Shown: positions 38,652 through 50,460 of the stretch, piece after piece
Position numbering within the stretch: the first letter of the stretch is position 1
Layout of the letters: every line of letters begins with the position of its first letter
Assembly: GCF_001194135.2 (NCBI RefSeq)
Contig: NC_068994.1
Coordinates: forward strand, 44,599,933-44,663,836
Length of the DNA: 63,904 bases
Source: Octopus bimaculoides
Lineage: Eukaryota
Direction: 5' to 3'
Notes under the pieces: generated by a model
What the model saw: the letters and a program-made list of their open reading frames with translations, nothing else
What the model was told of the DNA's origin: nothing
Database searches by the model: none
Translations under genes and position numbers: made by a program

Positions 38652-40291
38652 TGTATGTACGTATGTATGTATGTATGTATGTATGTATGTGTATGTATGT
38701 ATGTATGTGTGTATGTATGTATGTATGCATGTATCCATGCAAGTACATATGTAAGGTCAAGAAGAGTCAAATTTATGGACAAAATTCTAACTCTTATTTC
38801 ATTTTCATTGCATTGATAATGCTTTTGAGAAAGATATTAACATAACAAACTCTTTAAAAATTTAAAAACATAAAAACTTCTTCCTCCTCAGACTGAAATC
38901 TTAGGTCTATTTAAGAAGTCGATATATAATAATATATTGACTTCTTAAATTGATGATTATAAAATAAATAATGAAGAAATAGATCCTAATGTCTACTGGC
39001 AACAAATCAACATTAAACTAAACTTTTGTTGAAACATCATCATTTTGATGATAATTATCAGTTAATTTGTGAATCAGTCAGGTTGCCCACTTTTTCTTGT
39101 TTAATTGTAACACAGATTTCTCATGCTTTGAACTATTAGAAGTGTTGACACATTCCAGAAAATTGTGCATTAGTATTCTAATTATAGTTGATAACAAGGG
39201 CATAAGAGTGATAGTTTTGTGAGAGAGTTGTCAACAAACATGTTGTGTTTGGGGTAGTAGTAGACACATGTTTCTTGATAGGTGTTCATGAATTTATCAG
39301 CATCCTCAAAATATATGAGCCTAGTTCAACATTTATTAATAGAAAGTGTTGACAACAGCTTTAATAGACAAAGAATCAAGGATGTTCATATCATATCACT
39401 ATGTTTTAGCTGTGTTCCTTACAAAAAATATCTAACTGTCAATGATTCTAGTTCAGCTGACTGTAAATTATTCGATGGTATGAAGTAGTTCACCAGTATA
39501 AATGGTCCATGCATGATATATTTTGTCAGTATTGCCTTACATTTACTGTGTTGAGCTTAAATACTCACTAGTGTAAACCTTGGAAAGCAATAAACTTGTG
39601 ATACACTACATGAAGTGTATATCTATGGCTTATCAGGGTTTGCATAACGACTACATTAATGGTTATCACAGCACTAAACTTGTGAAGTAAGGAATAATTA
39701 TTATATTTGTAGGGAAATTGAAACGTACACTCAAAGTCTTTATACCTACTGTGATAGATCTCAAAAATATGAAAATCAACTAATATTATATTTAAAATAG
39801 TGTGTGGCTGATATTACAGTTTTATCAATGAAATCTTATGAAAATATTTGCTACTAACATTGTTGTGAAATTTTAAAGTTATATTTATTGAGTACCTAAA
39901 CGTGCCTTTTTGGATGAAATCTTTGTGCTAGTTGCTTGATTTATTGGGTATCTACGTCACTTTTACAAGATTGAAATATAGAAGGGGTTTGCTAATTATT
40001 AGATATTCTTTGAGAATATGAAAGCTGACCACAACATCACAGAAAGATTAATAACACATAAGCAAATCAATTAATAAATATCACATCATGCTCACATAAT
40101 TATGTTTTCTTCAAAAATGTGCTCAGATGGTTTAAGTACATATGTACAAGATAACAGCTAACATATATATATATATACATATATACATATATTTATATAT
40201 TTAATACATATATCTATCTATATATATATACATACACACATCATATTATTTACAATAGATGGATAGGTGTCCTCATCTTGTTTGTTGTTAT

Positions 40292-40333
40292 CACAATGTT
40301 TCGGTTGATATACTCTCCAGCCTTCATCAGGTG
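40292..40333 (-). ncRNA. Decayed copy of the same hammerhead
   Basis: Minus strand CAC-CTGATGA-A-GGCTG[gagagtatat]CAACC-GAAAC-ATT-GTG; one stem II mismatch and AACGTT decayed to AACATT. Confidence 0.6.
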
Positions 40334-40660
40334 TTCTGGTGGAATTTCGAACCCAACCCTTTATTTGACAAATGGGATAAACTATTCTCATTCTTAGGGT
40401 ATGTTCCTGGTGTTATTTTTCTGTTGATACTATTTTTGAAGTCCCTGCCTGGGATTGAACTTAGAATCCGAGGGTTAGTAGCCCGTGCTCTTATCTACAA
40501 TTATGTACGTTATTTACAATGGATGGATTCTAAGTTCAATCCCAGGCAGGGACTTGAAAAATAATATCAACAGAAAAACAACATCAGCAACATACCTTAG
40601 GAATGAGAACAGTGTACCCCGTGAGTTAAATAAAGGGTTGGGTTCGAAATTCGACCAGAA

Positions 40661-40702
40661 CACCTGATGAAGGCTGGGGAGTACATCAGCCGAAACGTTG
40701 TG
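40661..40702 (+). ncRNA. Minimal type I hammerhead ribozyme (Penelope-like-element type)
   Basis: CAC-CTGATGA-A-GGCTG[gggagtacat]CAGCC-GAAAC-GTT-GTG: full core, 5-bp stem II, 3-bp stem I, palindromic AACGTT in place of stem III. Confidence 0.75.
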
Positions 40703-40805
40703 ATAATAACAAACAAGGTGAGGACACCTATCTGTCCATTGTAAATAATGTGCATAATTCCTCATCTCAAAAATATAGAGTACTATATATATATTTATAT
40801 ATATA

Positions 40806-41237
40806 NNNNNNNNNNNNNNNNNNNNNNNNNNNNNNNNNNNNNNNNNNNNNNNNNNNNNNNNNNNNNNNNNNNNNNNNNNNNNNNNNNNNNNNNNNNNNNN
40901 NNNNNNNNNNNNNNNNNNNNNNNNNNNNNNNNNNNNNNNNNNNNNNNNNNNNNNNNNNNNNNNNNNNNNNNNNNNNNNNNNNNNNNNNNNNNNNNNNNNN
41001 NNNNNNNNNNNNNNNNNNNNNNNNNNNNNNNNNNNNNNNNNNNNNNNNNNNNNNNNNNNNNNNNNNNNNNNNNNNNNNNNNNNNNNNNNNNNNNNNNNNN
41101 NNNNNNNNNNNNNNNNNNNNNNNNNNNNNNNNNNNNNNNNNNNNNNNNNNNNNNNNNNNNNNNNNNNNNNNNNNNNNNNNNNNNNNNNNNNNNNNNNNNN
41201 NNNNNNNNNNNNNNNNNNNNNNNNNNNNNNNNNNNNN
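40806..41237. other. Assembly gap (N run) directly 3' of the ZNF-C stop
   Basis: N run. Other gaps: 45692-45936, 55278-55637, 57750-58038, 62862-62871. Confidence 1.
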
Positions 41238-41329
41238 ACACACATATATATATACACACACACACATATATATACATACATATATATATATATGTATATA
41301 TATTATTTATTTATATCTATATATTTGAG

Positions 41330-43018
41330 CTATATTGTGTACTCAATTCCTTGCTTTCCTTGTCTCATCCCACAAGGGAAGCCACCAGGTGTATTAGTCC
41401 AGCCAGGGTTCCATACAGGAGCCATTGTGAAACCTCGTGACCACATGTAGTTATTTTCCCAGCTTTGTGGTATCTGATGGCGAGACGATGTATTCATCCA
41501 TGACGTCGGAGGAAGAGAAGATGGCCCTCGAGGATGAGAAGCAAAAGATTGCGGATCTCTGAGATAATCCCCTTCATACCGTTGTACCATGTGATCTGTA
41601 TTTTTCATGTCCTGTCGCATGTGATGACTATGAGATGTGATTGACGTCTTGCAACAGATATCAGAATTGAAAGACTGTTGTTTGGCTGAGGTATGAGTGT
41701 GACTTCTTTTATGAAGCTCTAAATCTGTCCTCTGGGAGTAGACTTTCCCACAGTTTAGCATTTTGTTATTATGATGCGTATGTTTGTGTGCCTCAATCTC
41801 AAGAGAGTGAGCAAATATCTTCCCACAAATATTGCAACTGAATGGCAACATGGGAGCGTTCTGTTCTTTTTCTGAGGTGATGGCGGTATTATGTGTTCGT
41901 TTATGATTCTTTAAGATTGCACGTTGAGCAAAAGCTTTCCCACAATATTCACATTTGAATGGCTTTTCTCCAGTATGTGTTCTGCGATGATTATCAAAGT
42001 TAGTTCTCTGGGCAAATGCCTTCCCGCAAAAGTTACATTTAAAAGGTCTTTCACCAGTATGAATACGTTTATGATTATCGAGATGTGTTCTTTGAGTAAA
42101 CATCTTCTCACAATACTCACACTTGAAAGGTTTCTCTCCTGTGTGTGTTCGTTTGTGGTTATCAAGATGAGTTCTTTGAATAAATGCTTTACCACAAAAG
42201 TCACATATGAATGGCTTCTCTCCTGTATGAATTCGTTTGTGGTTATCAAGGTTTGTACGTTGTGCAAATGCTTTTTCACAGAAAACACATTTGAACGGTT
42301 TTTCTCCAGTATGCGTTCGACGATGATTATCAAGATTGACTACCTGAGCAAATGCTTTGTCACAGAAAGAACAAACGAATGGTTTTTCACCTGTATGGAT
42401 ACGTTTGTGGTTAACTAAATTTACAATCTGTGCAAATGCTTTATCACAGAAGTCACATTTAAATGGTTTCTCTCCTGTGTGAACACGTTCATGATATTTA
42501 AGATTAGTTATCTGACTGAATGACTTTGAACAGTACGAGCAAGAAAATGGTTTCTCTCCAGTATGAACCCGTTCGTGATTTTCCACATTTGTCTGTTGAC
42601 TGAAAGACTTTGAACAGAATCCACACTGATAAGGTTTCTCTCCTGTATGAGTCCGTTTATGATTATCGTAATTAGCTTTTTGAGCAAATGCTTTATCGCA
42701 ATAAGTGCAATTAAATGGTTTCTGCCCTGTGTGTGTTAACTCATGAGTTGTTAATCGAGCCCTCTGAGAAAATGCCTTCTGACAATAACTACAAAAGAAA
42801 TGCTTCTCTCCAGCTGGCATCATTTCATGATTACTTAAATTAACTTTTCTGGAAAACCCTTTGCGGCAGACATTACATCTGAATGGTTTATCATTTGAAA
42901 ACCCCATTTTGTTATCATTATGGCAATGATGCTGTGACTGGTTTTGAGAGAAGGGTTTGTTTGGTGGATCAAAGTTAAATTGATTCCCCATTGGGTATAA
43001 TGACTGAGTAGAATACAT
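41330..43018 (-). CDS. C2H2 zinc-finger protein ZNF-C (562 aa): 12 tandem fingers (first lacks terminal His), one separate finger, one decayed finger, Trp-rich C-terminal motif
   Basis: Uninterrupted ORF with canonical fingers and TGEKP linkers; paralogous termini to ZNF-A. Confidence 0.95.
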   Translation of the reverse strand: MYSTQSLYPMGNQFNFDPPNKPFSQNQSQHHCHNDNKMGFSNDKPFRCNVCRKGFSRKVNLSNHEMMPAGEKHFFCSYCQKAFSQRARLTTHELTHTGQKPFNCTYCDKAFAQKANYDNHKRTHTGEKPYQCGFCSKSFSQQTNVENHERVHTGEKPFSCSYCSKSFSQITNLKYHERVHTGEKPFKCDFCDKAFAQIVNLVNHKRIHTGEKPFVCSFCDKAFAQVVNLDNHRRTHTGEKPFKCVFCEKAFAQRTNLDNHKRIHTGEKPFICDFCGKAFIQRTHLDNHKRTHTGEKPFKCEYCEKMFTQRTHLDNHKRIHTGERPFKCNFCGKAFAQRTNFDNHRRTHTGEKPFKCEYCGKAFAQRAILKNHKRTHNTAITSEKEQNAPMLPFSCNICGKIFAHSLEIEAHKHTHHNNKMLNCGKVYSQRTDLELHKRSHTHTSAKQQSFNSDICCKTSITSHSHHMRQDMKNTDHMVQRYEGDYLRDPQSFASHPRGPSSLPPTSWMNTSSRHQIPQSWENNYMWSRGFTMAPVWNPGWTNTPGGFPCGMRQGKQGIEYTI

Positions 43019-43205
43019 AATTTTATTGTTTTAGAAACCTTAAACCTCTTTAACTTTTAAAACTTCAAATTGCTGCTTAATTTGTTTAGATATGAGGGTT
43101 TCTCAAAACCTGGAGTGGGAATATTTTTGTTGCATTAACACCTCAGCATAAAGATCCAGCCATGTGATTCCCAGAAGCTGAAAGTAAAATTGAGAAAAGA
43201 AAACG
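43019..43205 (-). other. Probable 5' UTR part of the ZNF-C coding exon and its splice acceptor
   Basis: Minus strand reads ttttcttttctcaattttactttcag|c with the exon starting at 43177, 159 nt before the ATG. Confidence 0.6.
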
Positions 43206-44071
43206 TTACGAGAAGCATCACTAATAGATTAACTCAATCAAATACGTGTATGTATGTCTGTGTAAAAGTGTATGTATGTGCGTGGGTGTGTGAAAGAGAG
43301 GGAGTGAGAACACATTCCACACACACATATATATGTAGAATTAAAATCTGATTGTGTGTGTGTGTGTATCAGTCTGTCTGTCTGTTCATTACTTTAACAT
43401 TGAAATCTTCCAAAACTTATATAAATATTGCACACATCATAGAGTATGTAGTTCATACCAAAAAAATTTATTAAAAATCTTAATGTTTGGGAAAAGTTAA
43501 AATTTTGATATAAGATAATAATTTAATCTCTTGTATTTGTTATTTACATTTAAATATAAAGAAACATATACAATGATGTTAGACATGTGAAACAACAGTT
43601 CAAGATAGAAAAGAGCAAACAAGGAACACTGACAGGACTAAATTCACACATCTGTCTATTGTTGACAGACTACTGATTATAAGGACTTTGCCATTCCATC
43701 TTCTCAAAATTATACATTATAAATTTGTTTCTGCTGTTTTACCTGTACTATTTCTATTGCCACAAGATACTTCATCAGCAACTTAGTGGTAGCAGGATAG
43801 GCTACTCTACAAATACCCAGTATTGTGAGATGTCCTACTTTAATAATAGATATGTAGTTCATGTTACAGCAGTTGCTTTGCTCGTCAGTTGTTTTGAACT
43901 TGTCCTTAAAATATTTGATGTCATTTGTTTGTTTTTTTTAATTAACAGTTAATATATTCACAAAGAAGTTTTTGAAAATCATACAATGTTTTTAGGGATT
44001 CTCAATTTTACATGCACCAGATAAATATTGGAATCAATGTATGTGTATTGATGTATGTGTATGTACATGTA

Positions 44072-44944
44072 TAAGGTACGTTCAAAAAGTATCCAATTAA
44101 ATTTTTTTTTTCCATGAATGCTAATGTGCTGTGGGCAAAATTCTTTGGATGGGATGTGACATCACCTTTCCAGCACAGTAGGCTGTATCAGTATCTGGCT
44201 TGTACACCTAGAGTACAGACACACAGTTTGCGCTTGTTGGAATTTTGTTCTTACCGAATGCATTAAGCAGAGATATCGCATCAAATTTTGCCAAAAGCTT
44301 GGTGATACACAAGTTCATAGCATCCAGAAGTTTCAGCGATCTATGGTGATGATGCCATGGGCAAAACTCAGATGAGAGTGTGGTACAACTGCTTCAAACA
44401 TGACCTCACCTCAATGGGGATCATGGCATGCTTGGACAGATCATCCACAAGCTGAAACAAGGAGCTGATTGAGAAGGTTCAGCAAACAGTTATAGCAGAG
44501 CATTGTGTAACAATCCAGGAAATTGCTCACAAAGTGGAAATAAGCACAAGATTGGTGCATTCTATTTTCACAGAGTGAAATGTGTATGTGGAGTGACAGC
44601 AAAATTAGTCCCCAAGGTGCTGGTCAAGTAGCAGAAGCTACTGTACATGGAAATCACTCAGGTCATACTGGACTGTGCAAACCACAACCCAGACTTCATG
44701 GAGACAATCATCACTGATGATATGACCTGGGTTTATGGTCTCTGTTCGATGCATTCGGTCATCTTGCATGAAAACAAAAATCCAATGAGTGCACACTACA
44801 CATCTGTACTCTAAGCATAACAGCCAGGAAATTTTCGTGCTTGGGCAGGAAGGGTGACACCACCTCCAAACCAAAGGATTTTATCCATTCCACAATAGTT
44901 TTGGCAACAAAAGGTAAAGCCAGATACTTTGTGAATGTTAGTGT
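44072..44944 (+). mobile_element. Mariner derivative: left end, 5' half of transposase, then an inverted left end
   Basis: QRYRIKFCQKLGDTQ...TAKLVPKVL...IITDDMTWVYG; 44741-44944 is a diverged reverse complement of 44072-44270. Confidence 0.8.
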
Positions 44945-47722
44945 ATGTTAGTATATATGTATGTTAGTGTATATGTATGTCTTTTAGAACACTAACTTAT
45001 TTATTATAACACAATTTACTATTAGAAAAGATAAGTACAATTTGAGCATTGAAACAGATAAAGAGAAGCCAAGTGAAAGAGAGAATGAATCATATAAGTA
45101 GATTAACATTTGTGTCTAATACAGATAAAAGTAATTTTATTTTGCTTGATACCATTCAGTGATCTTCATATTTTCTTGCAGATGTTTCATTACAGCATTC
45201 TTTTTTTTTTACCATCTCAGCTATTAAGATCCTTGTTTCAAAGTAAAGTTGCATTGTTCAAAGAAAATTTCATTGGTAAAATATCTGTCTTTATGTTCAT
45301 AACATAATTCAAGCTGTACAGCTGCTCTCGAAGTCATTGTTGTTGCCATCATCGTTGTCGTCGTCATCATCGTCATCATCATCATTATCATTATCATCAT
45401 CATCATCATCATCATCATCATTTAACATCTATTTTCCTATGTTTGCATGAATCAAACAGAATTTGAGGTAGATTTTCCATGGCCAGATACCCTGCCTGTC
45501 ACCAACCTTCACCTGTTTCCAAGCAAATATTTTCCTGTGGCCAGACATGTTTTTCACAGAAGATTGGAAGTAAACAACCTTGTTTGTACCTTTTAACTTT
45601 TACTTGTTTCGGTCATTAGACTGCAGCCATGCTGGGGCATCACCTTGAAGAATTTTTAATTGAATGTAACAACCCCAGTACTTATTTTTTTNNNNNNNNN
45701 NNNNNNNNNNNNNNNNNNNNNNNNNNNNNNNNNNNNNNNNNNNNNNNNNNNNNNNNNNNNNNNNNNNNNNNNNNNNNNNNNNNNNNNNNNNNNNNNNNNN
45801 NNNNNNNNNNNNNNNNNNNNNNNNNNNNNNNNNNNNNNNNNNNNNNNNNNNNNNNNNNNNNNNNNNNNNNNNNNNNNNNNNNNNNNNNNNNNNNNNNNNN
45901 NNNNNNNNNNNNNNNNNNNNNNNNNNNNNNNNNNNNTATATATATATATATGACGGGCTGCTTTCAGTTTCTATCTACCAAATTCACTTACAAGGCTTTG
46001 GTTGGCCTGAAGCTATAACAAGACATTTGCCCAAGATGCCATGCAGTGGGGCTGAACTCAGAACCGTGTGGTTGGGAAGCAAGCTTCTTACCACACAGTC
46101 ATACTTGACAATGATGATCATATACAATCATCATGGAATGTATGGACAAGAGTACATTTGACAGATACACACAAGCGCACACACACACACATATACATGT
46201 ATATGTACAAATTACTTGGTGACCTCACTAGTACCACACAAAGTAAGTACCCATTACACACTGAAAGCAGTTGGTATTAGGATGGGCATTCAGATATAGA
46301 AACTATACTGAAGTTGATATTGGTGCCTGACACAGTCTTGCAAGCACAATGGATTCTATCAAACAGTCCAACCCATGCCAGCATGGAAAAAACAGACGTT
46401 AAATTGTGAGAATGATACAGCAGGCTTCTTTCAGTTTCCATCCAATAAATCCACTCACAAGTCCTTTTCTTTAATTTCAATCATAGCAAACTGGCAGGGT
46501 CATGAGAGTATTCGATGAAATGTCTTGCAATATTTGTTCAAGTTCTGCATGCTCTGAGTTCACCACAGAATTTTAGTAAAGTCACAGACTTACATCTGAT
46601 AAAAAAAATTGAGAATGTTCCACTAATAATCAATTATTTGAGGAAAATAAGGAAGTATTCTAAATTTTAGGACAGAAAATTTTAGAAACTTGCTCAAAAC
46701 ATTACAGCACTTTTAATGAAGTTGTTGACATTTTATTCGATCACTATCAATAAAACAATAAAAGCAGCTGACCAGACTTACCACTTATGGACAAACAATA
46801 CAATTGTTTTCATTCAGAGAGTAAACTGTAGAAAAAAAAAAAAAAAAGATTTGATGTGATAGAAGAAGTCTGACTGAGAACATGCCAATTTTAGTCTAAA
46901 TCAAGTTAAAAAGCAAACGCAACAGAAATTATGTTTAAAATTGTTTCCCTGTGTTAGAAGTTCACAACACAAAGACATAAGCATAATTGTATGGTTAAAA
47001 ATTTTGCTTCTAAACTACATGGTCTCATTTTTCAGACCTACAGTAATTCACACAGGCAAGTTTTATCTTGTGTAGCCTAGGGCCACCTGGCATAAATTTA
47101 TGTATGTATGTTTCCCTGTTTTTATTTTTTAAATTTCCTACCAATGGAGAAAGAGTTGTTTCTAACCAAGAAACAAGACTCCTTCATAGGAATTTAGGTA
47201 TCATGAACAGGGTAATCTTGTTTGCTTGTTTGTTTGTTTGTTTGTTTGTTTGTTTGTTTGTATGTATGTATGTATGTATGTATGTATTTATGCTTAAATG
47301 CATGTATGCAAGTATGTATGTATGCATGTGTGTATGTATGTATGTGTGTATGTGTCTGTATGTATGTAGGTATGTATGTGTACATGTATGCATATACATA
47401 TATGTACATGCAGATGGGTACAGGCATGAATGCCATTGCATACATAACTCTTATTACTTGATGGAGGTGTGTGGCTTAGTGATTAGTGTGTTGGACTCGT
47501 GATTGTGAGATTGTGGTTTCAATTCCTGGACCAGGCAACACGTTGTGTTCTTGAGCAAAACACTTCATTTCACATTGTTCCTGTCCTCTCAGCTGGCAAA
47601 AATGAGTAATCCTGTGACAGACTGGCGTCTCATCCAAGTGGGGAATTTATGTGCTATGGAAACTGGGAAACCAATCCTTATGAGTCGGCATGACTCAAGA
47701 AGGTAACTTTACTTTAGTTTAA

Positions 47723-47944
47723 CCCTTTCGATACTAACCCGCCTGAAACCGCCTCTAGCTCTGTAGTACAAATGTCTTGTTTACAAAAGTTCTGAATTAA
47801 AATCTTCCACCAAACCTTAGTCACAGTTAATGTTCCTAACACTAGCTTAATGATAACTAAGTTGTTTTACTAAACCCTTTGTTATATTTAAAATTAATTG
47901 AAAGAAACAAAGAGCATCTCAAAATAAATACAGTAACGAAAGGG
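47723..47944. mobile_element. piggyBac-like MITE, second family
   Basis: TTAA at 47719-47722 and 47945-47948; TIR ccctttcgatac / gtaacgaaaggg; decayed opposite-strand copy at about 28905-29137. Confidence 0.8.
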
Positions 47945-49444
47945 TTAATGGAGACATTTCCTTTCTTATCACTTGCTAAACATTTTTTGACAGTACCTTT
48001 GATAGATTCTATCTCTAATCTTCTGATTAAGTGTGTTCTCTTTGGTTTTGTCTAACCCTAGCTTCTCAAGATTAGGAACAAAGCAGTCAGTTAGCTATGT
48101 TACCAAGTCCTCCTACAATTATTGGTAGCAATCTAAATTTACAGTCTGAATAGAGTAACTGCAGATGCTCATTAGTTCGACATAGATGTTCTCTTTCTCA
48201 CTAACCTTTAACATTATGTTGACACCTGCTGAACAACTGATTTCAACTATTATGCATAGTTTCTTTTCTCTGTCCCCAGTCAATATATCTCGTCTATTAT
48301 GCTTGAATTTATTGCAGTCTTGACAGGGTTATTTCACTAGTATCCTTTCATATTATTTGTGGTTGTATTCTCCATATCACAGTAGCTTCTTATATTTGTC
48401 CCCTTAAGATTATCTTCTTTATGGATTTCATTATACAATGTTCAAGTCATGACATTATATCTCATAAGTAGGTAATACTGTGATTACATTTACAGACAAC
48501 TATTCATGATTTCAATAACACCTTCTACATTAATTACACAAATCCTGCAGTGGTTGTTGCATCGAAGTGATTGACTTGCATTATGTAATTTGTGGTCATT
48601 TTCTGCTCCTGTATTGGAAAAGTATATCCTTCAAAGTGAATTCTAATGTCCTTCTTGTTAATCTAGGATAAACTAATCTGATTGTCAACATTGCAGACAG
48701 TTTGAAGCTTTCTGGATGAACTTTAAATATATGGATGAATATGAATGAATGTAGCTTCTGTTTTGATGACCTGCTGTAGTAGAATTATGCAACCTCTCTA
48801 GGTATATAACCTCGGTTGTCAGTTAAGGAATACTTTCTGATTTCCAACTGCCATGATATTCAAGCCAACAAGTGGGCCCCTGTTCACACTAAACTTGCTA
48901 GAGTTACTGAACAGGATTTAGTAAAACATGTGATCAAGCCATTAGCACAAAACTCCACCATTTTACATAACTTACACGGGAGACTCTACACGGTTGCTTG
49001 ACTTGTTAGAACTAGCAGCTAAATTCCTCTTGATGCACCAGATGTAGTTCTATATATACTTAAAAAGACAGGTGGTCATGTCTGGAATGGTTTTGTTTAT
49101 AAGTCTTCTTCATTGGGGCTGATCTACCACAGCAAAAATGAAACACTGCAAGGGGTAGCAAGCAAGTAAATTTATTTTTCTTTTGAATATAAATATTATT
49201 GAGAGCTTCACAGTGGCAATAAAATTTTGATCCACCTGCCTTTCTCTCTCTCTCTGTGTCTTTCTCTGTATATACTGAACATATCATATTGTAGTAAATT
49301 TACTATGGCAAAAAGAAACACAGTTCTGTATACCACAGCCGGCTGGTGGGTAAACATTTTTTTTTATTTCAAAAAAAATATTACCGGATACTTCACAGCA
49401 CCTCTAAACCAGGAGCTCACAAAGTATAAATCCATCTCTCTCTC

Positions 49445-49499
<55 letters not shown>

Positions 49500-50098
49500 A
49501 TATTGTGGCATTACATTTACACATGTGTAAAAAGGAATCAATCATAAGCTAGGAAAACATAAAACTAGATAGCTAAGTAGTTAAGTAGGTATGTTGCCTG
49601 ATATATAGACAGGTGGGCTAATATAAAATTCAAATGAATAGGTAGATAAGTAGAGTGATAGTAACAATTATTACCGCTAAATGTAGATTGATAAATGCAG
49701 TTCTGAGTTTCAAAATGAAAAAGGCATGTGGCACTGGATGTAGAGGGCAAAGAAACTACAAAATTACTGAATATTTCGGTTGAGGCTACAGGTAACAGGT
49801 AGAATAAGGATGGATAAGGTAATAAAAATGCGTAGAATGAATTGTAAAGTTTTGCTTTTTTTTATATTAAAAAAAGTTAAGGCTGGGAAATAGAAATAAC
49901 AGAAATGGGGAGGGGATAAACAGGAACGGGGAAGGGAGGGTATATGTGTATAAGAGTGGGAGATAAGAGGAAGAAAGACAGTGAAAGAGTAGGAGAGAAA
50001 AAAAGCCAGAAGTAGGAGTTAGAAGAAAAAAAGAGTGAAAGTATAAGGAGATGTTACATAGAGGTAGGAGGAGGGTATGACTAGACACATCAGTTTAC

Positions 50099-50460
50099 CG
50101 ACCTGAGCATTAGTCGACACATGAAGCAAGTAAATTTCAATTAGTCGCTACTTCGGATGCGACCTTGCAACCGCAGCGCTGGAAACAGGGTAGATTAGCA
50201 ACAAACACAGTTGCACAGTGGGGAAGAAAATAATACGACGCACAGACAGACTGAAATATTTTTATTTACTACATTTTTTTCTACAAGAACTAACAATGAA
50301 GTCACTCTCGCGACAACGGGTGTGGACCAAGGGAAGTAACTTGCAGTTTCAAGCAGTTTCTCTCCGTTCTTCCTCACGGCAAACATATTCCACTGAACAA
50401 ACCGTAAGATCCGAGGAAACCCGCGGAGGTCTGCTTCAGCCCAAAAATAAGTTAGTGTAA
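50099..50460 (-). promoter_or_regulatory. CpG-rich unique segment, candidate promoter / non-coding 5' exon(s) of ZNF-C
   Basis: Dense CpG outside any recognised repeat; minus-strand exon-like unit 50099-50178 (ctaccctgtttccag|CGCTG...GGTCG|gtaaac); sits at the CpG-decay boundary. Confidence 0.45.

Larger units (their letters stand above)
40245..40790. mobile_element. Inverted pair of a tRNA-headed, hammerhead-containing retroposon
   Basis: 225-bp inverted arms 40245-40469 and 40525-40749; tRNA-like head on minus strand 40451-40498; hammerhead core in each arm; bounded by (TA)n-rich tracts. Confidence 0.8.

Noticed and set aside
40514-41440. Long ORFs of 160-255 aa spanning N runs (also at 45629, 55173 and 57681)
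   Set aside because: Artefacts of translating assembly gaps as X.
41911-42418. Alternative-frame and antisense ORFs over the ZNF genes (also 2230-2918 and 30419-31045)
   Set aside because: Shadow ORFs caused by the repetitive finger codons.
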